Shown: positions 18,743 through 29,247, counted from the stretch's first letter. The stretch: 64,000 bases of DNA from Trueperaceae bacterium (GCA_965215565.1 CBDCDZ010000004.1:3712001-3776000), one strand, 5' to 3'. The notes: generated from the letters alone by a model not told the origin. Made by a program: numbers and translations.

Positions 18743-21532
18743 TTAAGGCTGGCAGTCTTGAGGTCCCTCGTATGAAACAGACACACTACGCGCCGTCAGT
18801 TTATCGATGTTAGCCAGGTCCTCACTACCGAGGCAAAGATTGAGAGGATTATCAAACAAGGATACGTTGGGGGCGTCTCCATCATTCTTAATCCCTTCGT
18901 TGGCAACGAGCGGCTCGAGGTCGCTAATCTTGTTGTCGCTTAGATCTAAAGAAATGAGGTCAGCAAAGTTTGGAAGGGGGTTAAGATCGCTAATTTGGTT
19001 GTTGCTAAGTGTCAAATTGCTAAGCCCAGTGAGGTCTTGGAGCGGGCTAATGTTACTAATCTTGTTAACGCTGAGGTTCAAAGAGGTGAGGTTCGTAAGG
19101 GTTTGAAGTGGACTGAGGTCGTCAATCTCGTTGCCGTCAAGTTCTAAAGCAGTGAGATTCGTGAGGCTTTGAGGTGAAAAGGTGCTAATCCTATTGTATC
19201 CGAGCGATAGTTCAGTGAGGTTAGTAAGGTTTTGAAGCGCACTAAGATCGCTGATCTGGTTGCCGCTGAGATTCAACGTACTAAGACCTGTAAGGTTTTG
19301 AAGTGGGCTAACGTCACTGATCTCGCTATAACCGAGTCTTAAAGAGGTGAGATTCGTGAGGTTGCGAAGCGGTTCGATGTCGCTGATGCCGCCGCTATCA
19401 ATTCGTAAGCTCGTAAGGGTCGTAAGACTTTGAAGCGGACTTAGGTCGTTGAGCGTGAAGAAGGAGAGGTGCAAGTCGGTGAGCTTAGCGAGGTTGCGAA
19501 GCTGGCTCAGGTCCACGGTAGGTCTGACAACATCGTCCTCGAGTCGTTCGCCGGCTAGCGACTCGAGCCTTAGAAACTCTAGTTCGCTCAGATTCTCTAA
19601 AAAGGAGAAATCGTCCTCCTCGTTCTCTAAAAGCGTCAAACCGAGCCTCTTGAGTTTGGTGAGGTTGCGAATCGGCGCAAGTTCATCTGCAGAGAAAGTT
19701 ACATCAAAGGTAAAGAATTCCTCTAAGTTGACCGCGTACTGCAAGCCCTCGAGGTTATCCACGAAGCCCGAATCGAGGGGGTTGAGCCTGAGTTCCACTA
19801 ACTCAGCTAGCTCTTCGCAGGTGATCGCGCTTCTGTCAGCGACGTCGACAGTGAGGTAAAGCAGAATTGCCTGCCGTAACCCCTGGTCGGGAATATTCAC
19901 GGGGTTCGTGCAGGTTTCTCCGTTGCCGCTATCCCCATCACAGTTTTCAGGCTCATCAAAGCGAACGAATACACCGCGCTCAATGAGCGCCTCGATGTCT
20001 TCGCGTCCTTGTGTGCCGGGGCAGGTCTCGAGGGGATTGTTCGTTAAAGTAACCGTGTCATCGACTCCTGGTGCGTCGGCGTTGGGTCCTAAACCTCCAT
20101 TGTTGACGAGTGGCGAGAGGTCGGTAATCTGGTTGTAACTAAGCCCGAGACTCTCCAAGTTGGTCAAACCCTCCAAAGGGGAGAGGTCGCTCACCTGGTT
20201 GCCGCCGAGGTCGAGGTCGGTTAAATTGATGAGATTTTGCAGTGGCGAGAGGTCACTAACAGCGTTGCTGTCGGGGCTGTTATCACCTAGCGAGAGGGTC
20301 TGTAGCGCCGTCAGATTCTGCAGAGGCGAGAGGTCGCTCACCTGATTGTCGATGAGACCGAGGTAGCGCAAAGAGGTCAGGTTCTCGAGCCCACCCAGAT
20401 CACGAATCTCGTTGCTCGAGAGTTCGAGCCTCTCTAAATTCGTGAGGCTTCGTAGCGGCGAGAGGTCGCTGACGCTGTTCGCGTTGAGCGTAAGCTCCGT
20501 AAGGTTGCTGAGACCGGCTAACGCGCTGAGGTCGCTGATGGCGTTGCCTCTAAGCTGGAGGCGCTCGAGGTTGACGAGACCGCTTAGCGGGCTGATGTCT
20601 TCTATGTTTCGATCTTCAGTCTCGATGTCGATTTCACGCAGTTGCGTCAGGTTAGCCAAGGGCGAGAGATCGCTGATGGAGGTGCGGGTTTGACGCTCAT
20701 CGTCGATACGCAAACTGATAGCTTCGAGGTTAGTCGCGTACTGCACACCTTCGAGGCTGCTCACGCCGTCAAGCTCGCCGGAGTAGGTAAGTCTCTCGAG
20801 CGTCTCTAGGTCTTCGCAAGTGATGGCGCGTTCGGAAAACTCGAGGGCGAGAACGTCGCGAAGAACCGCTCTGAACGCCTCATCGGGTATCTCCACTGGG
20901 TCCGTGCACACCACCGGCTCCGGCTTAGGTTCCGGCTCTTCCGCCTCGTCACCTTTGACTACTATATACGCCCGCAACGCCTCATCCGAAGTCACACCCG
21001 CTGCGTTGGTAGCTTCGCTGGTAAAGGTGTACGCAAATTCACCTTGCGCCCCCTCGAGTTCGCTCACGTTCACCGCATCTTCAGCTACTTGAATCTCATA
21101 GATACACGTAACTTCGGCGTCCTCACCCGTCAATTCACAGCCGCCGCCAGGCTCACTGATACTGGTAGGCGCACCTAGGGTAAAAAAGCTCTGCGTTGGG
21201 TCTAAAGGACCGGCTAAGCCTTCGGGTGTGGTGTTGACTAAACTCACGGTGATGTCGGTGATACCTACTAAGCTCTCGTAGACGGCTCGAGCGTAGAACG
21301 TGCCGCCTGGCTCGACCTCGAGGATAGGTGCATCGGCAGGGTCAGCGACGGGGTTATCTACACCGAGATAGGGACCACTAAAGGTCTCGCTCACTCCGAA
21401 GGCACCTTCGGGGGGACGCTCTGGCTGGTTGATGTTGCCTGCGCTTTCTAGGTCACCGCAGGCGGTGAGGAAGAGGAGGAGCGCAACGCTCCAGGTTAGA
21501 AGTAGTTGATATCGCCTACGTACGTCATTCAT
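18743..21532 (-). CDS. Internalin-like leucine-rich-repeat lipoprotein with two LRR modules
   Basis: Lipobox LTAC; about 22-aa repeats LxxLxLxxNxIxDLSPLxxLT in two blocks, each with a CTxPVxIPD cap and an NPLxxC end. Confidence 0.9.
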   Translation of the reverse strand: MNDVRRRYQLLLTWSVALLLFLTACGDLESAGNINQPERPPEGAFGVSETFSGPYLGVDNPVADPADAPILEVEPGGTFYARAVYESLVGITDITVSLVNTTPEGLAGPLDPTQSFFTLGAPTSISEPGGGCELTGEDAEVTCIYEIQVAEDAVNVSELEGAQGEFAYTFTSEATNAAGVTSDEALRAYIVVKGDEAEEPEPKPEPVVCTDPVEIPDEAFRAVLRDVLALEFSERAITCEDLETLERLTYSGELDGVSSLEGVQYATNLEAISLRIDDERQTRTSISDLSPLANLTQLREIDIETEDRNIEDISPLSGLVNLERLQLRGNAISDLSALAGLSNLTELTLNANSVSDLSPLRSLTNLERLELSSNEIRDLGGLENLTSLRYLGLIDNQVSDLSPLQNLTALQTLSLGDNSPDSNAVSDLSPLQNLINLTDLDLGGNQVSDLSPLEGLTNLESLGLSYNQITDLSPLVNNGGLGPNADAPGVDDTVTLTNNPLETCPGTQGREDIEALIERGVFVRFDEPENCDGDSGNGETCTNPVNIPDQGLRQAILLYLTVDVADRSAITCEELAELVELRLNPLDSGFVDNLEGLQYAVNLEEFFTFDVTFSADELAPIRNLTKLKRLGLTLLENEEDDFSFLENLSELEFLRLESLAGERLEDDVVRPTVDLSQLRNLAKLTDLHLSFFTLNDLSPLQSLTTLTSLRIDSGGISDIEPLRNLTNLTSLRLGYSEISDVSPLQNLTGLSTLNLSGNQISDLSALQNLTNLTELSLGYNRISTFSPQSLTNLTALELDGNEIDDLSPLQTLTNLTSLNLSVNKISNISPLQDLTGLSNLTLSNNQISDLNPLPNFADLISLDLSDNKISDLEPLVANEGIKNDGDAPNVSLFDNPLNLCLGSEDLANIDKLTARSVSVSYEGPQDCQP

Positions 21533-21984
21533 AAAGATTCCCCTTTTTGAGCTGTTTTTACTGAAGTTTTCCCCAATGCTTTTCGTGCTGCGCTATACCT
21601 GTACACGCCCGTACAGGTCCATCCCCCTTCATCAACTAAAGCGCACACCCGATACCTGTACACCTCGATGCGAGCAGAACGGTGCCGCCCCAACCCGGTG
21701 TACGCTGGTTACTCGACTGTTCACCTTGACCGTTGCCGCTAAGATAGCAGGTCACTCTCGCTACAATCTAGTAAGGTAAATCACAATTGAGCTTTGTTAA
21801 AGGTTGGGTTAATTGAGGCTGAAAGGGAGGTTGAGTAAAGAAATAAGGCGACACTGAGGGTTGAGAAATTCTTGCTCATATTGCGAGCTGCACCGTTTCC
21901 CGGTACAATCCTCCGAATGAGGACGATTTCAAGAGACTGCGGCGGGCGCGGCGTTCGCGCCTTTAGCCCCCTGAGGTGACCTAG

Positions 21985-22653
21985 ATGTTTGTACATGAGT
22001 GGATGACGCAGAGCCCGCAGACGGTCAAGCGCACGACGCCCGTGATGGAGGCGATGCAGATGCTCCGGGAGGGCGGCTACCGCCGCTTACCTGTGGTCGA
22101 GGGCGCGCGGCTCGTCGGCATCGTGACGGACCGAGACCTCAAGGACGCGACGCCCTCGAAGGCGTCAACGCTTTCGGTCTACGAACTCAACTACTTGCTG
22201 AGCAAGCTCGCCGTCAAAGAGGTGATGAGGTCGCCTGTCATCTCGGTGGGTCCCGGTGATCCGGTGGAGCGCGCCGCGCTCTTGATGGAGACGCACAAGA
22301 TTTCGGGCCTGCCCGTCGTCGAGGGCGACGAGCTAAAAGGCATCATCACCATCACAGACATGCTCCGCGCCTTCGTCGCGATGTTGGGGCTGCGCGAAGG
22401 GGGCACGCGGGTCACAGTCAATTTGCCCGACGCACCGGGCGTGCTTGCGCAGGTGGCTCTAGCGGCTGCGCCCTCGAACATCATCGCGGCGGTTACGGCG
22501 GGCGTGCAGCAGGGGCAGCGCCGCGAGTTGGTGGTGCGCGTGGTGGGTGAGGGTGCGTCTGAGTATCCCGAACGGTTGCGAGAGGGAGACCTGGACGTAG
22601 TGGACGTGCGCCACGACGGTACTCAAGAGGATGCGGGCGACCCGAGTGGCTGA
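21985..22653 (+). CDS. CBS-pair protein with ACT-like C-terminus (AcuB-like)
   Basis: RRLPVV...VGIVTDRDL, STLSVYELNYLL, ISGLPVV, GIITITD. Confidence 0.85.
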   Translation: MFVHEWMTQSPQTVKRTTPVMEAMQMLREGGYRRLPVVEGARLVGIVTDRDLKDATPSKASTLSVYELNYLLSKLAVKEVMRSPVISVGPGDPVERAALLMETHKISGLPVVEGDELKGIITITDMLRAFVAMLGLREGGTRVTVNLPDAPGVLAQVALAAAPSNIIAAVTAGVQQGQRRELVVRVVGEGASEYPERLREGDLDVVDVRHDGTQEDAGDPSG

Positions 22654-23341
22654 GGACCTATTTACCTCTTTGCGCAAGGCGGCGCTGGGTGGGCGGGTCA
22701 AGAGCACGCCGTTTTTGGAGCCCGACGACGCGGCGAGCTTGGCGGCGAAGCTGCGCGAGGCGGGCGTCGGTGTGCATTCGGACGGCGGCTACACCGGAGC
22801 GCGGCGGCGCGTTGTGACGGCCTTCCCCGAGCACATCCCCGAGGCGAGCGCGGCGTTCGCGGCGCTCTATTACGAAGGGGTAGCAGAGGACGACTTGCGC
22901 GTCGCGCTCGGGCGCACAGGTCTGGCTGAAGGGTCTTTGGGGGACGCCTTAGAGCACCAGGACGGCGTGACCTTCGTCGTGCTTGCCGCCGACAAAGAGA
23001 GCGCCTTAGCGCCCGTGCACGTCGCGGGTCAGCGCGTCGCGCCGCAAGAGGTGGATCCGGCGCATCTGGGGCGCGGCTCCAACAAATCGCAGACCGTCGT
23101 GGTGCCCTCCTTGCGGGTGGACGCGCTGGGCGCGAAAGCCTTTAAGGTCTCGAGGTCGTACTTCAGCAAAGGCGTCGCGGGCGGGCGGGTGCGCGTGAAC
23201 GGTTTGGCGGCTGGCAAGTCGAGCAGCGCCGCGCTAGGCGACGAGGTTTACGCGGAGGGGCTGGGGCGCTTCACCGTGACCGAGGTCTTGGGCGAGACGA
23301 AGAAGGGAAACCTCAAGGTCACTTTAGAGATCGAGCGCTAG
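22631..23341 (+). CDS. YlmH-like S4 RNA-binding protein
   Basis: TPFL, GGY...R, VPSLRVDA...SRS...GRVRVNG, GLGRF, TKKG. Confidence 0.8.
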   Translation: MRATRVAEDLFTSLRKAALGGRVKSTPFLEPDDAASLAAKLREAGVGVHSDGGYTGARRRVVTAFPEHIPEASAAFAALYYEGVAEDDLRVALGRTGLAEGSLGDALEHQDGVTFVVLAADKESALAPVHVAGQRVAPQEVDPAHLGRGSNKSQTVVVPSLRVDALGAKAFKVSRSYFSKGVAGGRVRVNGLAAGKSSSAALGDEVYAEGLGRFTVTEVLGETKKGNLKVTLEIER

Positions 23342-23346
23342 CTTGC

Positions 23347-24219
23347 CTACGTATCAGCGGGCGCGCTGTTAACGTCCAACTCATCGTAACCAAACGCCAC
23401 ACCGTCCTTAGCGCCGTGCTTGACAAGGTACATGAGCTTGTCGACGCGCTGCACCATGCCCGCGACGCTCTCGGGCGGCTTGCGAAAGGTGTAGACGCCG
23501 ATGCTGACGGTGACGGGCCACCCTCTTTCCCGCATGGCGTCCAAGAGGAGCGTCCTGAGCTTGTTGACCGCAGATTCAGCCTGGTGCGGGTTCGTCTCGG
23601 GCATCAAAACGACGAATTCGTCGCCGCCCATGCGTGTGACGGTGTCCGTCGCGCGGACGTTGCGCTGCAAGGTGCGCGTCACGATCTGCAAAAGCTCGTC
23701 GCCGACAGGGTGTCCGAAGCGGTCGTTGACCGCTTTGAAGTTGTCCAAATCGAAGTAGACCACCGTTGTTGCGCTGCTATAGCGCTCCGAGCGCTCCAAC
23801 TCGCGCTGCGCTACTTCGTAGAAAGCCCTTGCGTTTGCCGCGCCCGTCAGGGGGTCCGTGCGCGAGAGCGCCGCTTCGCGCTCCAAGCCGTCTTTGAGCC
23901 TGAGGAGGAGCACGGTAAAGGCGTAGAGCAGCCCGATGCGAATGAGCAGGTTCCAGAGCAGCGCCAAGAGCGACGAGGTGGTGGAGAGAAAGTCCGAGAA
24001 CGTCCAGAGACCCGCTGTGAGGAGGATGATGCCCACGCCCGCCGCCCGCCCCAGATACCAAGCGGTGAGAAAGATGGGCAAGAGGTAAAAGAGCGACAGC
24101 GATAGCTCTTGGCTGATGCGCGCGTCGAACAGCGCGACGAGAGATATAGACACAAGGCTAGCCAGAAAGAGGTTGACCTTGCGCTGAGTTTTAAGCGACT
24201 CGAGTAGTGGACTTTTCAT
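23347..24219 (-). CDS. Membrane-bound diguanylate cyclase
   Basis: N-terminal TM segments; TDPLTG, DLDNFKAVNDRFGH, RxxD I-site (RATD), intact GGDEF. Confidence 0.92.
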   Translation of the reverse strand: MKSPLLESLKTQRKVNLFLASLVSISLVALFDARISQELSLSLFYLLPIFLTAWYLGRAAGVGIILLTAGLWTFSDFLSTTSSLLALLWNLLIRIGLLYAFTVLLLRLKDGLEREAALSRTDPLTGAANARAFYEVAQRELERSERYSSATTVVYFDLDNFKAVNDRFGHPVGDELLQIVTRTLQRNVRATDTVTRMGGDEFVVLMPETNPHQAESAVNKLRTLLLDAMRERGWPVTVSIGVYTFRKPPESVAGMVQRVDKLMYLVKHGAKDGVAFGYDELDVNSAPADT

Positions 24220-24496
24220 AGCGTAATAGGACCTAGTAGAATTTGGCGTAGAAAGGCGTGTTGAGATCGTCTACAGGACCAAGGCTATCATGAAGAGAGC
24301 TTTTGGGAGACCAGAGTCGCTCGGGGAGAGCGAAAACCTGAGGGCGTTCGCGGCGACTATATTGACTCGAGAGGGCTTAGGGAGAGAGCATAAAAAAGAG
24401 GACATAGAAAAATTGCCATCCTATGTCCTCTTCTGTCTTACTACCCGTCTACACGCTCTTCTTGGTTCACCGCTCTTTACGCGCTAGGGTAGCGCT

Positions 24497-26830
24497 TCAC
24501 GACGCCGCTTTTCCTTTGGGAGCCCGCGCCTTGCGGCTCCGCTCGGCTTGGAGCGCCTGCATTCGGCGGCGATACGAGCCGTATTCGATGATGAATGCGA
24601 CTAGGTTGACGAGGTAGATGACGCCTAGCGCGATGTAATCGGTGCGCTCGCTGAAGCCCATGTCGATACCCCAATTAGCCAACTGCGCGATGATGTCGAG
24701 GCTGACGATCGCCCACGGCACGATGAGGAAAAAGCCCCAGGCCTCATCCGCCAAGCCGCTGCCCGGCACGAGCACCGCGAGCACCTGATAGAGAAGCGTG
24801 CGCGGCGCGTTGCGGCCACTTCTAGCGCGCGGCATGAAGAGGAAGACGACGTTGAAAAGTAGCAGCAGGAAGAACAGCACGATGAAGAGCGTCCAGAGGA
24901 GCGGCGAGAAGAGCGCAGGTCTAGCGCCTCGCAACTCACCCCAGGGGTTGGTGAAAGCGCCCGCCAAGGCGTCGTTCCAGGTGCCGCTCACCGCGTTCCT
25001 GAAGTCGTCTTGGGACGGGGTGGCGAGCAGCGCCTGGTCAGGGCGGTAGCGCTCTTGAAACAAAAAGATCGGGTTTTCGTTCTGCGGCTCGCCCAGGTTG
25101 TAACGCGCCTCAGGTAGGTTGGGCTCTAAGTCTACGGCTTGCTGAAAGAGGTCGGCGTCCTCAGTCAACACGCCCAAGTTATTGATCGCGGGCGCGTAAC
25201 CCGCCGCCGTTTCGTAGTCCGCTTGCGCGTCTCTCGCTTCGCCTGCGATCTGCTCGGCGTAACCGCGAATGAACGCGCCGCGTACGTCTATCAGCTCGGC
25301 GCGCTCCAAGTAGGCGAGCGCCTGCCGGTTGGCGAGCGTGCCCGACTCGGTGGCTAGGGGCAAGCCCGCGCTGCGGTCGTTCCAGCCCGCCAGCCCGACG
25401 AGCGCAATGACAACTAGAAACATCAAAATCAGCACGAGCTTTTCGGTGATGGTGTAGTAGCGAGGGACTAGAAGCCGCGCCACTTGGCCTCCCCTACCCT
25501 GCTCCGCGCGCTGGCGTCTGATGTCGCCGCTCTGCGGAATCCAGTACTTAAAGAGCAGCGTGAGGTGCAGTAGTAAGATAGCGACGAACACGGCTAGGGC
25601 GGCGTACCAACCGATGTTGCCCAAGGAGCCCGCCAAGCCGTCTAAGCCGCTCAACCCAGTGGTGACGGTGCTGCGCGACTGGCTGCGCCAATAGTTAGCC
25701 TCTTCTAAACTCACCTCGTCCTCGATGAGGTTGGCGTAGGAGGCGAACGCATCACTCGCGCCCGGCACGTAAGGTGCGGCCAAAAGCAGCTTTTCCGCCC
25801 AGAAGTCCGCGCTGATGACGTTCTCGTTCCTGAGAGCCTCTTGCAGCGGGTTGAGGGGGAAGTTGTACGCTTCTTGCATGGTGAGGTCTGTTAAGAGCCT
25901 TGGATCGTACCCTCTAGCGGCGAAGTCTTCTAGAGCCCTCGTGAACGCCTCTTCTGCTAGGTTACGCTCGCCGTTCTCCTCTAAAACCTGTGCGAGCCCG
26001 GCGAGGTCGTAGAAGCTCTGCGCGACTTCGACGCCCTGCGCTAGAATCTCTTGCGCGGTGTTCGGGTCAGCTTCCGCTAAACCGACGGCTAAGTAGAGCC
26101 AGGGGTTCGTCGGGTCTTGCTCCAAGCGGGCAGCGGGGTTCTCTACCAGGGCTTCTTCTTGCAGATAGGTGAAGATTTCTGTGGCGAGCCCGAAGCGCAC
26201 CGGGTTCTGCAGGTTGCCACTGCGCAGCGTGAAGCGCTCGCTCAGGCCCTCTTCGTGTTCGACGGTCATCGAAATCGTGTTCTCGTTGACCCGCTCGACG
26301 CTCTCGACTTGACCCGACACGAGCCAGCGCGCTTCGACTGCGCCCGTCTCTGGGTTTAGCTGCAAGACGCTGTTGCCGTGCCCGACGTAGAGTTCGCCTT
26401 CAGACTCTAAAAGCCCCTGCGTCGCGCCGCTCCCTTCAGGAAAAGGGAGCCGCCAGACGGGGCTGCCGCCGCTCGTTGCCACGACGGTGTCACCTTGCAG
26501 GGCAAACTCCAGGGTGCTGGGATCGACTGGAGAGCGGTTGAGGTCGGTGTTGCCCTCAGCTTCGCTCTGCACCGCTTCGGTAGGCTCAGGTGTCGGGTTC
26601 GTCGCGCCGACACTGCCCGTGGCCTCCGACTCGTCCGGTGGAGGCTGCGTGACCTCGTCCTCTGCTTCCCCTTCTAAAGCGTCCTCTTGTGCGACTTCTT
26701 CGCTCGTCTCCTGAGTTGCCCCGTCTTGTTGCATTGCCATCAAGGCGCTTGAGAGGGTAGTAGAAGGCGCAGCCTGAGTGACGCCGCTTAGCGTAGCGCC
26801 TACGAGCAGCGTGAGGAAAATACGGACCAT
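24497..26830 (-). CDS. Large hypothetical envelope protein (signal peptide, acidic linker, TPR-like segments, several TMs)
   Basis: 777-aa ORF with coding-like bias; TPR-like NNLGVL...AVDLEPNLPEARYNLG. Confidence 0.7.
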   Translation of the reverse strand: MVRIFLTLLVGATLSGVTQAAPSTTLSSALMAMQQDGATQETSEEVAQEDALEGEAEDEVTQPPPDESEATGSVGATNPTPEPTEAVQSEAEGNTDLNRSPVDPSTLEFALQGDTVVATSGGSPVWRLPFPEGSGATQGLLESEGELYVGHGNSVLQLNPETGAVEARWLVSGQVESVERVNENTISMTVEHEEGLSERFTLRSGNLQNPVRFGLATEIFTYLQEEALVENPAARLEQDPTNPWLYLAVGLAEADPNTAQEILAQGVEVAQSFYDLAGLAQVLEENGERNLAEEAFTRALEDFAARGYDPRLLTDLTMQEAYNFPLNPLQEALRNENVISADFWAEKLLLAAPYVPGASDAFASYANLIEDEVSLEEANYWRSQSRSTVTTGLSGLDGLAGSLGNIGWYAALAVFVAILLLHLTLLFKYWIPQSGDIRRQRAEQGRGGQVARLLVPRYYTITEKLVLILMFLVVIALVGLAGWNDRSAGLPLATESGTLANRQALAYLERAELIDVRGAFIRGYAEQIAGEARDAQADYETAAGYAPAINNLGVLTEDADLFQQAVDLEPNLPEARYNLGEPQNENPIFLFQERYRPDQALLATPSQDDFRNAVSGTWNDALAGAFTNPWGELRGARPALFSPLLWTLFIVLFFLLLLFNVVFLFMPRARSGRNAPRTLLYQVLAVLVPGSGLADEAWGFFLIVPWAIVSLDIIAQLANWGIDMGFSERTDYIALGVIYLVNLVAFIIEYGSYRRRMQALQAERSRKARAPKGKAAS

Positions 26831-27091
26831 CAGAAGCCTCCGGCTAGTGAGCTTAAACGAGCTTGGTTGCGTGCGTACCTGCTTTTCATAAAGGTAATTT
26901 GCACAAAGGTGACTTGCATAAGGGTGAATATATCAGAGACCATAACAGTGCATTATATGAGGTATCGCCCGGTGCTTGCATGACAGGTTCGTCAAAAAGA
27001 TTTTCTGTTTGCCTCAGTGCGTACAGGGGGGGCAACACAAAGGGAATTTTTACGCCATACTTCCGGGGCAACTTGGTATACTGAGCGCGTA

Positions 27092-27802
27092 ATGGGTCAA
27101 GACACCTGGACAAGCCTCGCCCAACCCTTTTCCGAGAGCGCCTTGGAGTGGCGCGTGCTGCGCTTAGACGACGAGGGGTTGCAGGCGCAGGCGCGCCCGC
27201 AACTGCGCGTAGACGCCGTGCTGCGCCGTTTGGATGAGACGGTAGGCGTCGCGAACTGGTCCAACACGCTGACCGCGCTCGGCTCAGCTACCGAGGTGCT
27301 CGCGCTCGCGTGCACGCTTACCGTCGAAGGGGTGAGCAAGTCCGCCGCGGCGACGCTCGGACCGGGCGCGAGCGCGTCGGCTCTGGCTGACGACGCGCTC
27401 GTCTACGCCGCTGAAAGGTTTCACATGGTGCCGCCCGCTGATACCAACCTCAGCTACTGGGTGGATTACGACAAAGAGAGCGGGGCGATGCTCTACGAGC
27501 CGGGTACCCAGGAAACGCTCGCTGCCGCAGAAGTGGGCGCGCCGGCGGCTACGACTATGCCGGCTGCGACTACGCCAGTTACGACCGCAGCGGAGACCGC
27601 GCCGCTGGACGCGCCGAGCCCGCCCAAACCCAAGTCGGCGGGTCAGCAGGCTATAGACCGCCTGGTGGAGCGGCTTAAAGCGGAGGGGCAGGGGCTCGAG
27701 GTGGCCAAGCTCATCAACGCTTATGGCGGCTACGGCACCGATCCTAACGCCGCCCGTGAACTCTACGCCAAGCTGCGCGAACTGCTGCGCGGGGGCGCGT
27801 GA
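27092..27802 (+). CDS. Rad52/Rad22-family (DdrA-paralogue-like) ssDNA-annealing protein
   Basis: LAQPF...EWRV...AVLRRLDETVGVANWS...CTLTVEGVSK...DALVYAAERF; start ATG 27092. Confidence 0.65.
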   Translation: MGQDTWTSLAQPFSESALEWRVLRLDDEGLQAQARPQLRVDAVLRRLDETVGVANWSNTLTALGSATEVLALACTLTVEGVSKSAAATLGPGASASALADDALVYAAERFHMVPPADTNLSYWVDYDKESGAMLYEPGTQETLAAAEVGAPAATTMPAATTPVTTAAETAPLDAPSPPKPKSAGQQAIDRLVERLKAEGQGLEVAKLINAYGGYGTDPNAARELYAKLRELLRGGA

Positions 27803-27832
27803 AGACATGCCAGAACAGATGACAGGTACGTT

Positions 27833-28582
27833 ATGATCAAGGTGATTTCACTCGGGGATGTGCACGGCCAGTGGGCTGAGGTGTGGCGGGCGCTCAAGGC
27901 GGCGTCCGCCGCAGACAACCTCTTTGAGCCCACGGACCCCGTCACAGACGGACGCTACCAGATAGTTTTCGTCGGCGATCTCGTCCACTACAAAGACTTT
28001 GACACCTACGCGCAAGTCGTCGGCGCTGAATACTACAACCCCGAAGATGCCAAACAGCTCCGCCGCGCCGCCAAAGCGCAGATTCGCGAGCTGTACCGCT
28101 TCAAAAACTACGTAGATAAAGCGAACGGCAACGTCACCGTGATCTTAGGCAACCACGACGAGTCAGCGCTCACCCACAAATACGACCTCAGCACGCGCGG
28201 CGGCTTGGCGCATAACGAGTTCGACGAGAGCAAAGGCGGTATGGCGCTACCCGAAGACCTGGCCGAGTGGTTCAGGAGTTTTCCGCGCGAAAAGCTCCTC
28301 TTTGACGTGCAGTTCGCCCACGCGGGTCCGCTGCCGGGGATGCAATTCTTCGATGACTTCTTCTACCACGATAGCGATACGAAGCACTGGTGGCATAAGA
28401 AGCCCGAACTCGCCAAACACACGAGCTACCGCTTCGGCGTCTACGGTCACACCTCGATGAAAGACGGCATCCATGTGGACAGTGAGAACTGCTTCGCGAT
28501 GATCGACGCCCTGTCGCACTGTCAGTTTTTCGAGATGATCTTGTCCGAGGACCGCTTGGACTACCGCGTGATGAAGTTTTGA
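27833..28582 (+). CDS. Metallophosphoesterase (PPP-like)
   Basis: GDVHG, GDLVH, GNHD, HAG, GHT. Confidence 0.85.
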   Translation: MIKVISLGDVHGQWAEVWRALKAASAADNLFEPTDPVTDGRYQIVFVGDLVHYKDFDTYAQVVGAEYYNPEDAKQLRRAAKAQIRELYRFKNYVDKANGNVTVILGNHDESALTHKYDLSTRGGLAHNEFDESKGGMALPEDLAEWFRSFPREKLLFDVQFAHAGPLPGMQFFDDFFYHDSDTKHWWHKKPELAKHTSYRFGVYGHTSMKDGIHVDSENCFAMIDALSHCQFFEMILSEDRLDYRVMKF

Positions 28583-28667
28583 GTTTTTGGCTGATGTTCT
28601 AAACCCCTCTTAGCTTGCAGACCTCTTCTTATCTCTACCGTTATAACGAGCTAGGAAGAGGTGAAGG

Positions 28668-29153
28668 ATGCAAGACGACCACAAAAAACTTTGGGACAAA
28701 ATTAAAGACATCCGCGTGACGATGATGACGACGATGGAGGCGGACCACACCCTGCGCAGCCGCCCGATGTACACCCAGCAAGCTGAATTTGATGGGCAAC
28801 TCTGGTTTTTCACCAAAGACGACGCGCCAAAAACGGACGAGATCGAGGGCGATAGGCACATCAATTTGGCCTACGTCAACCCGGACGACGACACCTACAT
28901 CTCTGTATCGGGTATCGCCAAACTCGTGCACGACAGACAAAAAGCCGAGGAGATATGGAACCCCGTCGTCAAAGCGTGGTTCCCGGAAGGGCTGGACGAC
29001 CCGCAGTTAGGCCTTCTCCGCGTCGAGCCGACGCAGGCGGAGTACTGGGATGCGCCCTCGAGCAAAATGGTGCAGCTCTTCAAGATGGGCAAAGCTGTGG
29101 TGCAGGGCGAAGAGGCGGGCAACTTGGGCGACAACGAGAAGCTGAGCCTGTAG
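28668..29153 (+). CDS. Pyridoxamine 5'-phosphate oxidase-like general stress protein
   Basis: SRPM, LWFFT, YISVSG, KAWFPEGLDDP, AEYWD. Confidence 0.88.
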   Translation: MQDDHKKLWDKIKDIRVTMMTTMEADHTLRSRPMYTQQAEFDGQLWFFTKDDAPKTDEIEGDRHINLAYVNPDDDTYISVSGIAKLVHDRQKAEEIWNPVVKAWFPEGLDDPQLGLLRVEPTQAEYWDAPSSKMVQLFKMGKAVVQGEEAGNLGDNEKLSL

Positions 29154-29218
29154 GGTTCGGAGAGGTCAGTTCAGCGTTCTGTAGCGGCCTCGGCATCAAA
29201 AACGAGCATACGAATTCA

Positions 29219-29247
29219 GTAGGGTCAGGTTTCAAACCTGACCCTAC
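29219..29247. repeat. GTAG-type REP palindrome (family C)
   Basis: GTAGGGTCAGGTTT-C-AAACCTGACCCTAC perfect inverted repeat. Confidence 0.75.

Noticed and set aside
18807..21092. Repetitive Ser/Arg/Leu plus-strand ORFs
   Set aside because: Antisense shadows of the LRR gene; the same applies to most short overlapping ORFs in this GC-rich window.
26886..26930. Three tandem 15-bp repeats (CATAAAGGTAATTTG-like)
   Set aside because: Short, degenerate and seen only once; no spacers or associated gene, so no function can be supported.
27000..27030. RDRM/DdrO-like box upstream of the DdrA-like gene
   Set aside because: Only one half-site resembles the motif; the other has several mismatches.
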